A stretch of 64,000 nt of DNA, taken from contig JANZKC010000002.1 in assembly GCA_025061115.1 (NCBI GenBank), positions 64,001 to 128,000 of the forward strand, read 5' to 3'. Origin of the DNA: Candidatus Culexmicrobium cathedralense. Its GTDB lineage: Archaea; Thermoproteota; Methanomethylicia; Culexarchaeales; Culexmicrobiaceae. The stretch's first letter is position 1. The number at the start of each line of letters is the position of its first letter. Positions 37,784-47,851 of this stretch are shown piece after piece. Below the pieces are notes generated by a model that had not been told where the DNA came from, did not search any database, and saw only the letters and a list, made by a program, of their open reading frames with translations. Made by a program: the position numbers and the translations under genes.

Positions 37784-38857
37784 TCACGTTCTTGATAGGA
37801 GCTTACGCCAATTTAGAGTGCTCAGCTTTATAATTAATTCAGCTATGAGCTTAGCTGCATTTTCAATATCGCTTAGTGATGCCACTTCCCCCGGCGAATG
37901 CATATACCTTAATGGTATGGATATAAGAGAAGTTGCAACGCCTTCTCTAGACACTTGAATTACCCATGCATCTGTTCCACTGCTGCCTGGTATAGGCTCC
38001 CTTTGATATGGAATGCCCTTTTCAGCGCATATTTCCTCAGCTAATTTCCAAAGTGCAGGGTGGAAGTTTGGTCCAATTCCAATTGCCGGACCTTTGCCCA
38101 ATTCTATTCCAGAAACTAGCTTCTTATCAACATTATATGCTGATGCGTGAGTTACATCTATTGCAATCCCTACATGAGGCTTTATCTTGTAAGTTGCAGT
38201 GATTGCCCCTCTTAACCCTACCTCTTCTTGGCATGTAGCTACCGCATAAACTGTTGCTGGAAGCTTCTCCTTCCCTAAAAGCTCCATTGCCTTAATTATT
38301 GCTGCCACACCAGCCTTATCATCAAGTCCAACTGAAATCACTCTATCCTTGTTGCCCATTTCCCTTAAGGCCAGTATTGGGGTTACAACTGTGCCAGGCT
38401 TAATTCCGAGCTTCAAAACTTCCTCCTTGCTTGCCGCGCCGATGTCAATGGCCATATCCTCGACTTTCACAACTTTCTCTCGTTCATCCGGCTTAGTTAG
38501 ATGAGCTGGCTTAGCTCCAATTACGCCAAACAATTTACCCTTTTCTCCGTGCACCAATACCTGAAGCCCATACAATACCCTTTGATCAAATCCTCTCGCT
38601 TTAAATCTGAGGTAGCCATCATCATCTATGTACGTAACCATCAGCCCGACTTGGTCCATGTGTGCTGCTACCATTATCTTAGGATTGTCCTCCCCCTCTC
38701 TTAGCCCTATCACATTCCCCATAATGTCGACTTCAACTTGAAGATTCAACTTTCTAAATTCCTCAATTATAATCCTTCTGACTTCATCTTCAAATCCGGG
38801 AACGCTCGGCACTTCAACAAGTCGCTTTAAGACATCCCTAACCTCCACGCCTCTCAC
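37784..38857 (-). CDS. M42 family (TET) aminopeptidase
   Basis: AAHMDQVG, LDDKAG, QEEVGLRGA, GTDA, RYMHSP. Confidence 0.92.
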   Translation of the reverse strand: MRGVEVRDVLKRLVEVPSVPGFEDEVRRIIIEEFRKLNLQVEVDIMGNVIGLREGEDNPKIMVAAHMDQVGLMVTYIDDDGYLRFKARGFDQRVLYGLQVLVHGEKGKLFGVIGAKPAHLTKPDEREKVVKVEDMAIDIGAASKEEVLKLGIKPGTVVTPILALREMGNKDRVISVGLDDKAGVAAIIKAMELLGKEKLPATVYAVATCQEEVGLRGAITATYKIKPHVGIAIDVTHASAYNVDKKLVSGIELGKGPAIGIGPNFHPALWKLAEEICAEKGIPYQREPIPGSSGTDAWVIQVSREGVATSLISIPLRYMHSPGEVASLSDIENAAKLIAELIIKLSTLNWRKLLSRT

Positions 38858-38914
38858 TCCCAGCTACTAGCTTAATTTTATTGTGTAATTTTTAAGTATA
38901 TTTTCTACCCTACT

Positions 38915-40138
38915 TTGCTTGGAGGGGTGAATTTGCCGCTTAAAATGTCTGAAAGGCTGGCTCCACTTTCTTACGCCATTAGAGATCTAGTTCCAATAGC
39001 AAATGAGATTGAGAGAATGGGTGGGCAGGTCATTAGGCTCAACATTGGAGATCCGTTGAAATTCGACTTCGACACTCCTCAACACATTAAAGATGCGCTG
39101 TGCGAAGCCATTAACAGTAAGTGGAACTTTTATTCTCCATCAGTAGGCGACGATGAGCTTAGAGCTGCTATTGCTGAGAAGGAGAAGAAGTATAATGGAG
39201 TTGAAGTGGATCCTAAAAACGTAATAGTCACAACTGGCGTTTCAGAAGCAATAAACTTCATAGCTGCAGCTTTTCTCGACCCTGGCGATGAAGCGCTCAT
39301 ACCAGGCCCAGCATATGCTCCATACATGAATTTCATTCAACTTTACGGCGGCAAGCCCATCCATTACAAGTGCATTGAGGAGGAAGGGTGGAAGCCCGAT
39401 TTAGATGATATTAGAAGAAAAGTTACGGAGAGGACAAGATTCATCTTAATCATTAACCCGAACAACCCTACTGGAGCAGTTTATGATGAAAAAGTGGTTG
39501 AAGGAATCCTAAACATAGCTGCTGAACATGAAATACCAGTTGTTTCCGATGAAATTTACGACAGAATCACATATGATGATGCCAATTTTAAGAGCACTGC
39601 AGCTATAAGCCGGGATGTTCCAGTAGTAGGATTAAATGGCTTTTCCAAGGTTTACTTGATGACTGGCTGGAGGCTAGGCTACATTTACGTTAAAGATCCA
39701 ACGGAGAAGTACTTGGATAAAATAATGGGTCACCTGGTCAAACTAGCTAGAGCAAGATTGTGCGCATGCACCCCAGTTATGAGAGCAGGCATAGCCGCCC
39801 TTAGGGGCCCGCAAGATCACGTGAATGAAATGGTGAGTAAATTAAAAGTTAGAAGGGACTACTGCTGCAAGAGAATAAGTGAAATTCCAGGTTTAAGCGT
39901 TGTAAAGCCAATGGGCGCATTTTACCTGTTCCCCAAAGTCCAGTTGGGGAATGCCTTCAAGAGCGACAAGGACTTCGCCTTGAAGCTGCTCCATGAAGAG
40001 AAGGTTTTAATCGTTCATGGTTCAGGGTTTGGAGCTGGAGGCGAAAGCCACTTCAGAAGCATCTACCTTCCGCCGATCAACGTACTTGAAGAGGCTTTCA
40101 ACAGAATTGAAAAATTCTGCAAAAAGTACTTGGCCTAA
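38915..40138 (+). CDS. Class I/II aminotransferase (alanine aminotransferase-like)
   Basis: YAIRD, LNIGDP, NPNNPTG, SDEIY, GFSKVYLMTGWRLG. Confidence 0.9.
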   Translation: MLGGVNLPLKMSERLAPLSYAIRDLVPIANEIERMGGQVIRLNIGDPLKFDFDTPQHIKDALCEAINSKWNFYSPSVGDDELRAAIAEKEKKYNGVEVDPKNVIVTTGVSEAINFIAAAFLDPGDEALIPGPAYAPYMNFIQLYGGKPIHYKCIEEEGWKPDLDDIRRKVTERTRFILIINPNNPTGAVYDEKVVEGILNIAAEHEIPVVSDEIYDRITYDDANFKSTAAISRDVPVVGLNGFSKVYLMTGWRLGYIYVKDPTEKYLDKIMGHLVKLARARLCACTPVMRAGIAALRGPQDHVNEMVSKLKVRRDYCCKRISEIPGLSVVKPMGAFYLFPKVQLGNAFKSDKDFALKLLHEEKVLIVHGSGFGAGGESHFRSIYLPPINVLEEAFNRIEKFCKKYLA

Positions 40139-40812
40139 ACTTTTCTCCTCATTTTAAGTAATGACTTAGCATTTTTTAATGCTAATTTTATGTGAAGCTT
40201 AGCGTCACTTAACACTAGCTCCCCATGACCTGGCAATAGCACATTCACATTTAAGCGCGAAATCCTGTTAAGGCTTCTAATAAGCTCCTGCAAATTTCCA
40301 GTCGGCAAATCTGTCCTTCCAAAACCACCACTTGCAAATACTAGGTCCCCGCTAAACAGGATGTTTTTTAACAAGTAGCACGTACTTCCAGCCGTATGCC
40401 CAGGAGTATGTATCGCGTCTATGACTTCTTCACCTACATTGATAGTGCATTTTTCTCCCATCTTCACTACAAGGCTTCTACTCACTTTAAGCCTATTTAT
40501 CACTATATCCGCGTCAGCTCTATGCACATATATTTGCGGCTCAACTTGATTGAGAATTTGCTTTAATCCATTCGTGTGATCTTTATGCCTATGCGTTATC
40601 AGAACCTTGCTGATATCCTCAATTTTTATGTTAAATTTTTCCAAGGAAGCCACCAAGTTAGAGTGGGGAGGGCCGAATCCAGCATCTATAAGCACAGCAC
40701 CGCTTTCATTCTCAATTATGTATATGTTCGAGCTTATCCCATAGCTTATGACGGCGTGAATCTTCAACGAATCCACTTCACCTATTGTAATATGCGCTTG
40801 CATTCCATGCAC
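40135..40812 (-). CDS. MBL-fold metallo-hydrolase
   Basis: THRHKDH, TPGHT, FSGD, LPGHG. Confidence 0.9.
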   Translation of the reverse strand: MHGMQAHITIGEVDSLKIHAVISYGISSNIYIIENESGAVLIDAGFGPPHSNLVASLEKFNIKIEDISKVLITHRHKDHTNGLKQILNQVEPQIYVHRADADIVINRLKVSRSLVVKMGEKCTINVGEEVIDAIHTPGHTAGSTCYLLKNILFSGDLVFASGGFGRTDLPTGNLQELIRSLNRISRLNVNVLLPGHGELVLSDAKLHIKLALKNAKSLLKMRRKV

Positions 40813-41108
40813 CCATCATTTTTCTCTAACAATAAATTAAAGGATTATATAATTTTAAATTTGACCAAAGAATTTACATTTTGCTCTTCAAAATATCAAG
40901 AGCGCCGAAGGCGCTTCTTATACTGGTTATTTAAGGAGGCAATAAGGCATTTGCTGCAAATGTGAGAGCTTTAATTCAAGAGCTAAGCCGACGAAATAAA
41001 ATAAAAATAAGCTCAACAAACTAGAAAAATACATAAATTTCTATTATTAATGCATAATACTGCTAAAATTAAAGATTAAAATGTAATCCAATTATATTAA
41101 ACTTTAAA

Positions 41109-42317
41109 TCAATCATCCTCTTCATAGATTCTTCGAATAAAAATGCACACTATCACCAGAATTGCTGCCTGCACCACCTGCATTATGCTCCAAGTCTCAA
41201 ACAAACCCGCATAACCATTAACGTCGATCATAAATCCCGCCGTGAAATTGAATAAGAAGGCGCCTGCCGACCCAACTGCATTAATTAGTCCAGCTACAAA
41301 AGAAGAATACTTTTCACCAGATATTTCAACCGGCATTGCGGAAGTTATCTGAGATTGAGATCCATACATAGATATGCTTATGGCTATCAAATACATCAAT
41401 CCAACGGCCTTTTCAGCCTCATACCTGTATGGAAAATCATAAAGCAATATCGCCGTGAGCAACGCCAAAAACAATAGAAGCAGCACCTTAAGCTTCCCAC
41501 CCACCCTATCTGATAGCCAACCTACAATTATCATTCCAATGCTTCCCGCAAGCGGAAGGGCTAGGGAAATTAACGTTGACGTAAGGGCCGAATCCTCCAA
41601 AGAGAAAAAGTATGAGGGTAAATACGTTATCAATCCGTACCTAATACCATCAGATATGAAGAATGCTAAAGCTAAAAGGACAATAACCTTAATTTCCAAT
41701 TTGCCAAGCCCTCCAGCACGCTCATTAACTGAAATGCTACTCCCCCCAAATCTTTCACTCTCAACGGCAACTTCAGGTACAAGTTTCACAGAAGTTAAAG
41801 CTAAAAGCATGAAGAGAATGCCATTAACTATGAAGCTGCATCTCCAACCAAAATACTGCACGATAAAGCCCGTAAATAGCCATGAAGCTGCATGCCCAAG
41901 TGTCCAACTTGTATTTAGCAACCCAAATCTCTTCCCCAAATCTCCCCTCCTGACATCAACAGACACGATCTTAACCGTGGCCGGCCAACCAATCGACTGA
42001 AAATATCCATTTATCACCCATAAAGCTAGCAACAAACTGGGATTGCCACCTAATCCAAACAATATTGTTGAAATGCTTGAACCCAATATTCCAATGTAAA
42101 GCATACTTTTAGCGTTCCACTTAATATTCAAGTAGCCATTAACCACCTGCCCAATGGCATACGTTATGAAAAAACCCGATGCAATAACACCCAAATATGA
42201 ACTTCCAATTCCCAGTTCACCACTAATGAGAGGCATGGCAATTGGGAAATTAACCCTACACAGGTAAAATGATGAATATATAACCCACGTTAAGATCAGG
42301 ATTTTAAATTTAAGCAT
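41109..42317 (-). CDS. MFS transporter, GlpT/UhpT (organophosphate) type
   Basis: FYLCRVNF..AMP, YAIGQ, NGYFQSIGWP, GWLSDR. Confidence 0.8.
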   Translation of the reverse strand: MLKFKILILTWVIYSSFYLCRVNFPIAMPLISGELGIGSSYLGVIASGFFITYAIGQVVNGYLNIKWNAKSMLYIGILGSSISTILFGLGGNPSLLLALWVINGYFQSIGWPATVKIVSVDVRRGDLGKRFGLLNTSWTLGHAASWLFTGFIVQYFGWRCSFIVNGILFMLLALTSVKLVPEVAVESERFGGSSISVNERAGGLGKLEIKVIVLLALAFFISDGIRYGLITYLPSYFFSLEDSALTSTLISLALPLAGSIGMIIVGWLSDRVGGKLKVLLLLFLALLTAILLYDFPYRYEAEKAVGLMYLIAISISMYGSQSQITSAMPVEISGEKYSSFVAGLINAVGSAGAFLFNFTAGFMIDVNGYAGLFETWSIMQVVQAAILVIVCIFIRRIYEEDD

Positions 42318-42606
42318 CGACGTGCCTCCAACCCACGCAGCATCCTCATGAATTCAATGTCTTTCATCAATAATCTTAATATTATCCTTTTGTCATGCAG
42401 GCAAAACTACAGGAAATTGCAACATATAATATTTGGCAAGCTGCTTAGCTTCAAAATCAAGGACAAAAACGAATCCACATGCCATCTAATGGCTGGAGTA
42501 TATAAAAATTTTAATATTTAACAATGGAAATACTACTTGGTAATTCGATGGATTATACTTTAAACACAATTAGTTTACACCCTTAATTTTAAAGGAGGAA
42601 GCGAAG

Positions 42607-43383
42607 ATGAAAATTGAAGAGGCCATCATATTAGCTGCAGGACTAAGCACAAGGCTTAAAGCTAGGGGGATATTAACTCCAAAATTTGCATTGAAGGTTG
42701 AGGAAGCGCCACTCATATGGTATCCATTAAACTCACTACTTCAATGCGAAGTTAATAGGTTTGTGGTGGTAGTAGCAGAAGTATATCAAGACATAGCCAA
42801 TAATCTGTTCGACAAGTACTTTAAGCAAGTCAAAGTAAAAATTGTAACAAACAAATTTCCTTGCAGAGGCAATGGATATAGCCTGTTATTAGCATTAAAA
42901 AATGCGAAAGCGGACACTGCTTACGTTTCAATGTCAGATCACATATACCCACCGGACATGCCTGAAAAGATGCTTGAAGACTACATTGCACTCGGCGAGC
43001 CGGACATTCTAGTAGGCGGAGATTCAAAGCCAAGTTATATCGACATCGCAGAAGCAACTAAAATATTAGCCGATGAAAATGGGAACTTAATATCAATAGG
43101 GAAGCAAATCGAAAAATACAATTACGTAGATGTAGGCTTGCTCGTAATTAAACGAAGAGCGCTAAATATAATCGAAGACTTGAAACTCAAATCAAATAAT
43201 TTGGAGCTATCGAAACTTCTAACTATAGCTATTAATGAGGGCTTGAAAGTTAAGGTCAGTGATGTCACGGGAAATCTATGGACCGAAGTAGACACCTACG
43301 AAGACTACCTATCACTCACTAGAGGAAGTAGAAGAGAGGTTTTGATAAAATTCCTAGAAAGCTTGGGTGTAACCCATGATTAG
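42607..43383 (+). CDS. CTP:inositol-1-phosphate cytidylyltransferase (IPCT)
   Basis: ILAAGLSTRL..PK, GNGYSL, SMSDH, EATK, WTEVDT; upstream of DIPPS and IPS. Confidence 0.8.
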   Translation: MKIEEAIILAAGLSTRLKARGILTPKFALKVEEAPLIWYPLNSLLQCEVNRFVVVVAEVYQDIANNLFDKYFKQVKVKIVTNKFPCRGNGYSLLLALKNAKADTAYVSMSDHIYPPDMPEKMLEDYIALGEPDILVGGDSKPSYIDIAEATKILADENGNLISIGKQIEKYNYVDVGLLVIKRRALNIIEDLKLKSNNLELSKLLTIAINEGLKVKVSDVTGNLWTEVDTYEDYLSLTRGSRREVLIKFLESLGVTHD

Positions 43384-44008
43384 AGGAAAAGCTACTGATG
43401 GCATAGTTTCCAGGTACATAAATAGGAAAATATCCAGCAAAATAACCAAATTAATTTTAAAGCAGAAATTGAAAATAACGCCAAATCAAGTCTCATTGTT
43501 ATCATTCATTATGGGAGCAGCATCCCTCCCACTATACTTAATGAGGCAGCCGATAATCGCGGGAATAGTCGTTCAGTTATCATCAATAATTGACGGAGTA
43601 GACGGGGAATTGGCCAGAGCACTTCGCATGGAAAGCGAATTTGGAGCATTCTTCGATGCAATTCTAGATAGGCTGGCAGACATAGCAATTCTATTTGGCG
43701 CAACAGCCTACCTAACGCTAACAACTAGCATCAATTACGAAACACTATTAATAGCGTTAGGAGCTATAAGCGGAAGCTTAATGGTAAGTTACATCCACGC
43801 GAAATCTCAGCAAGACCTTAAAGTTCACCCCGCACTTATAGGCAGAATTAGGGGCATAGCTTCCAGAGATGTTAGGTTGTTCATCATTTTTGCTGGAAGC
43901 ATGCTCGGTTTAATAAAGGAAACTTTAATCCTCCTATTCATACTAACTTACACTTATGTTATAGGTAAATTTGTGGAAATAATTCTTCACATTAGACCCA
44001 CCGAATAA
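43376..44008 (+). CDS. Di-myo-inositol-phosphate-phosphate synthase (DIPPS; CDP-alcohol phosphotransferase)
   Basis: DGIVSRYINRKIS, TPNQVS, DGVDGELAR..FGAFFDAILD, SRDVR. Confidence 0.85.
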   Translation: MIRGKATDGIVSRYINRKISSKITKLILKQKLKITPNQVSLLSFIMGAASLPLYLMRQPIIAGIVVQLSSIIDGVDGELARALRMESEFGAFFDAILDRLADIAILFGATAYLTLTTSINYETLLIALGAISGSLMVSYIHAKSQQDLKVHPALIGRIRGIASRDVRLFIIFAGSMLGLIKETLILLFILTYTYVIGKFVEIILHIRPTE

Positions 44009-44143
44009 TTTTTAGCTTTAAATTGCCATTTTACTGGTGGTGCATAACCACTGCAATTAAGCCTTATCTTATTGCAAAACTGTAATGCGCTTCAATATCT
44101 ACAAGTATAAATATATAGTAATTTGTTAGTAGAGGTGAGAGCA

Positions 44144-45310
44144 ATGATAAATGCAATTCTCCTCGGACAAGGGATGGTGGCTACGCACCTAGCTGTCGGA
44201 CTTGAAAGAATAAAGAGCGGCGAAATTGAGCCTTACGGAGTCCCATTAGCAAAATACGAGCTGCCATACAAAATTGAAGACATAAACTTAATCTGCAGCT
44301 ACGACGTGGATGCAGGAAAGGTTGAGAGAAGCATATACGAAGTCGCTAAAAAGCTCATTGGAGAGCAAGTTCCAATCCCACAATCATTGAAGGACGTGCA
44401 CGTGAGAGAAGGAGTGCACCTTGGAAGTTTAAAAGGACTAATTGAAAAGACAGTTGGCCTAGAATCCAAAATGACCTTGAAGGATGCATGCGACAAGCTT
44501 GCAGATGAGTGGAAGGAGCTAAACGTAGACGTAATAGTGAATGTAATAACCACGGAACACGGGGAACCCTTCAACGAACTGGCAAAACTTGAAAAAGCCA
44601 TCGAAGAAAATCAAAGAGACAAGCTGACAGCCTCCCACTTCTACGCCTACACAGCTGCAAAGTACTCAGAAAAAGCTGGAAAGCCAATAGCATTTATAAA
44701 TGTAATACCAACCCCACTTGCAAATGACCCTGCAATAGTCAAGCTTTACGCTAAATCGAATTCAATAGTACTTGGAGACGATGGAGCAACTGGAGCAACC
44801 CCTCTAACGGCAGATCTACTTGAGCACATGGCTGAAAGAAATAGAAGAGTTAAATTCATAGTTCAATTCAACATTGGAGGAAACCTAGACTTCCTAGCAC
44901 TAACAGTTCCTGAAAAGAACATCATGAAGGAAAAGACCAAGAGCAGCATAGTCAAGGACATCCTAGGATACGATACGCCGCACTACATAAAGCCCACAGG
45001 CTATCTAAAGCCGCTAGGAGATAAGAAGTACGTAGCCCTACACTTGGAGTACTTGACCTTCAACGGTTTGACAGACGAATTGTACGTTAACGTGAGATTA
45101 AATGACAGCCCAGCGCTAGCTGGAAAGCTAGTGGATTTAATTAGGCTGAGCAAAGTAGCGCTAGATAAAGGGTATAATGGCACGATTTACGAAATCAACT
45201 CGTTCTTCATGAAAAAGCCCGGTCCAGTACATGCGAAATCGGTCTCCAAAATAGTGGCATTTCACAACATGATAAAATGGCTTAAAGAGCTGGACGCCAT
45301 CCAAAGCTGA
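44144..45310 (+). CDS. ino1: myo-inositol-1-phosphate synthase
   Basis: GQGMVA, SYDVD, GDDGATGAT, QFNIGGNLDF, LGDKK, NDSPALAG; ATG after GAGGTGA. Confidence 0.92.
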   Translation: MINAILLGQGMVATHLAVGLERIKSGEIEPYGVPLAKYELPYKIEDINLICSYDVDAGKVERSIYEVAKKLIGEQVPIPQSLKDVHVREGVHLGSLKGLIEKTVGLESKMTLKDACDKLADEWKELNVDVIVNVITTEHGEPFNELAKLEKAIEENQRDKLTASHFYAYTAAKYSEKAGKPIAFINVIPTPLANDPAIVKLYAKSNSIVLGDDGATGATPLTADLLEHMAERNRRVKFIVQFNIGGNLDFLALTVPEKNIMKEKTKSSIVKDILGYDTPHYIKPTGYLKPLGDKKYVALHLEYLTFNGLTDELYVNVRLNDSPALAGKLVDLIRLSKVALDKGYNGTIYEINSFFMKKPGPVHAKSVSKIVAFHNMIKWLKELDAIQS

Positions 45311-45311
45311 A

Positions 45312-45347
45312 CCCACCTCCACACTTTTTGACCACCAGGGAGGTGGG
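45312..45347 (+). promoter_or_regulatory. Hairpin sequestering the glycosyltransferase Shine-Dalgarno
   Basis: CCCACCTCC (45312-45320) is the exact reverse complement of GGAGGTGGG (45339-45347); ATG at 45351. Confidence 0.55.
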
Positions 45348-45350
45348 AGC

Positions 45351-46535
45351 ATGAAGTTATGCTACATTTCATCTTATCCACCCACCATCTGCGGAATAGG
45401 AGACTACACTGAAAGCCTAGCTAAAGAGCTAATAAAGTTAGATCCAACCATTGAAATTCACGTAATAGCCGAATATGAGGCAAAAAGCAGCATAGAAAGA
45501 ATAAAAGTGCACCCAACATTTGACAGGAAAAGCTACACCAGCCAAGAAATAATAGAAGCAATTAGAAAGATCAAGCCCGAAATAGCCCACCTCCAACACA
45601 GCTTTGGAATATTTGGAGCAGATCAAAGAGCAATAAGCATACTTGAAGCTTTAAGGAAATTGGGATCCAAGGTAATAGTGACGTTCCACACAGTTCACAG
45701 CAGAGAAACGGTCGACTTTAAAGTTGCAGGATACGATATTGAAGATTACAACAGGATCATATCATCATATGCACACCACATAATTGTCCACACAAACTCC
45801 ATGAAACAAGTACTAGCAAGGCAGGGAGTAAATAAAGACAAGATCAGCATGATAAGAATTGGAGCATTCAAATTTGGTCATGTAAGCAGGAAGGATGCAA
45901 GAAGAAAGCTCGAAATACCTGAAAACGCAAAGGTAATGCTTGCTCCAGGCTTCATCCACAGAACCAAGGGAACAGACATTGCAATAAAAGTATGCAAGGA
46001 GTTAGCCAAGATAACGAACGATGTCGAATTAATCATCGCCGGCTGGATCCACCCCAAAGAAATTGATGAGCGCAACATCAAGTACGCTTACAACTGCCTA
46101 AAGATGATAAGCAAATACGGGCTAAACGACAAGGTAATAGCAACTAAAAGGAATCTGTCCAGAGAAGAGCTTTCAACATACCTATCGGCATCAGATTTAA
46201 TTCTACTGCCATACACTCAATTCAACTGGTCTGCAAGTGGAATTCTAAAACTAGCCATTGGAGCCAAAAAGCCATTCATAGTGACCAGAATTCCAAAATT
46301 TGAGGAAGTTAGCGAGGAAATATCGGATGAGATTACTGCACCTCCAAACGACGTCAAAAGAATGGCTAAAATAGCCTACAGACTACTTTACGACCAAGAG
46401 TTCAGAGAAAAAATTGTAAGCAGAATTGAAGAATATGCAAAGAAGGTTTCTTGGACAAACATCGCAAAGCAGCATATCGAAATTTACTCAGAAATTATTG
46501 AAGAAAAAGCGAATGCACGCCGACTCCCATTTTAG
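45351..46535 (+). CDS. GT4 glycosyltransferase (mannosyltransferase-like subgroup)
   Basis: SSYPPTICGIGDY, HLQHSFGIFG, GFIHRTKG, SDLILLPY, SASG. Confidence 0.88.
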   Translation: MKLCYISSYPPTICGIGDYTESLAKELIKLDPTIEIHVIAEYEAKSSIERIKVHPTFDRKSYTSQEIIEAIRKIKPEIAHLQHSFGIFGADQRAISILEALRKLGSKVIVTFHTVHSRETVDFKVAGYDIEDYNRIISSYAHHIIVHTNSMKQVLARQGVNKDKISMIRIGAFKFGHVSRKDARRKLEIPENAKVMLAPGFIHRTKGTDIAIKVCKELAKITNDVELIIAGWIHPKEIDERNIKYAYNCLKMISKYGLNDKVIATKRNLSREELSTYLSASDLILLPYTQFNWSASGILKLAIGAKKPFIVTRIPKFEEVSEEISDEITAPPNDVKRMAKIAYRLLYDQEFREKIVSRIEEYAKKVSWTNIAKQHIEIYSEIIEEKANARRLPF

Positions 46536-46542
46536 CTTCAAA

Positions 46543-47121
46543 CTACCTGCTTCTCCTAACTCTAGGCTTGCAAATAATTTCCCTCACATCCAAGCTGAAG
46601 AAGTTAGTGCTATGGGCGGGCTTGACAACAGCAGCAGTATCCGCACCCCTACCAGTACCAGCAATGGCAATTACTTCCTCATCAACTGGTATCAGCCCTG
46701 CATCTGCAGCCATAACCGTTATTTCAACAACCACCTTAATTCCCTCACCAAGCAGCCTTAAAGTATGAGCCATCAACTCGAGTGGAAGCCAAGTAGCCAA
46801 CTGCCTTCTAGCACTCCTCTCAATAGCGCTTAAGGCATGAGTACCAGTAAATATCTTACCTCCAAGCTTCACTATTTCCTCTTTAAACTCGCTCCTCAGC
46901 TCGCTAACTCCAGGCGCGCTAAATCCAACAGAGTGAGTGACCACAACAACATTGCATCCCCTAAAAATCCTGCACGCTTTAACTCCAGTCTCACCACTGG
47001 TTGAGGCAACCACAACATGTCTTATTCCAAGCTCCTCAGCCCTCCTCTTAGCTAGTTCAAGCGTTTTTTCAGTATTTTCCTTCCCAGGATTATCGAAGTA
47101 AACTATCTCTTTGACCAGCAA
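46543..47121 (-). CDS. Pyruvate kinase C-terminal-like protein (MTH1675 family)
   Basis: YFDNPGKENT, VVASTSGETG, VVVTH, GIKVVVEITVMAADAG, GTGRGADTA. Confidence 0.85.
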   Translation of the reverse strand: MLVKEIVYFDNPGKENTEKTLELAKRRAEELGIRHVVVASTSGETGVKACRIFRGCNVVVVTHSVGFSAPGVSELRSEFKEEIVKLGGKIFTGTHALSAIERSARRQLATWLPLELMAHTLRLLGEGIKVVVEITVMAADAGLIPVDEEVIAIAGTGRGADTAAVVKPAHSTNFFSLDVREIICKPRVRRSR

Positions 47122-47209
47122 CGCTTCACCCCCCAGAAATTATTAATCAGCAAGTATATTAGGTTAAACAAGTTCGAAATTAAATTTGATGAATATAGGA
47201 GGATTAGCT

Positions 47210-47851
47210 ATGCGCGCATTAATAACCGGATTCGAACCATATGGCCAAGAAAAATACAATCCATCTGGCGAGATGGCCAAAAGGCTTGATGGGCAGAGAG
47301 TAGGCGATGTAGAAATAACTGGCGCAATACTCCCAGTGTCGTTTAAGAGAGTGCGGAAAGTCCTAATTAAGCACATTGAGGATGTAAAGCCTTCAATAAT
47401 AATCAATTTAGGATTAGCTCCAAAGACCACCTACATAAGAGTTGAGAGAGTTGCCATAAACGTCATGGACGCAGGGCCGGACAACGACGGATTTAAGCCT
47501 GAAGGAGAACCCATCGACTCAAACGGCCCAGCAGCATACTTCGCTACAATACCAATTAAAAACATAGTTAAATCGTTAAGGGAGGAAGGAATACCAGCAG
47601 CAATATCTAACACTGCTGGAACCTTTCTATGCAACTGCACAATGTACCATACTCTACACTACATATCAATCAACAAGTTAAATGCAATTGCAGGATTCAT
47701 CCACATACCATACACGCTTAGGCAAGCAGCCGAAAAACCCCCAAAATCGTTCTTCGGGATGCCGCCTCCAGGCTTGCCAAAAGAAGTCATTGAAAAAGCT
47801 GTGAAAATTGCCATCAAAGTCTCCCAAAATAAATTGGTAGTGAGAAAATGA
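47210..47851 (+). CDS. pcp: Pyrrolidone-carboxylate peptidase
   Basis: ITGFEPY, ERVAIN, SNTAGTFLCN, GFIHIP. Confidence 0.94.
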   Translation: MRALITGFEPYGQEKYNPSGEMAKRLDGQRVGDVEITGAILPVSFKRVRKVLIKHIEDVKPSIIINLGLAPKTTYIRVERVAINVMDAGPDNDGFKPEGEPIDSNGPAAYFATIPIKNIVKSLREEGIPAAISNTAGTFLCNCTMYHTLHYISINKLNAIAGFIHIPYTLRQAAEKPPKSFFGMPPPGLPKEVIEKAVKIAIKVSQNKLVVRK

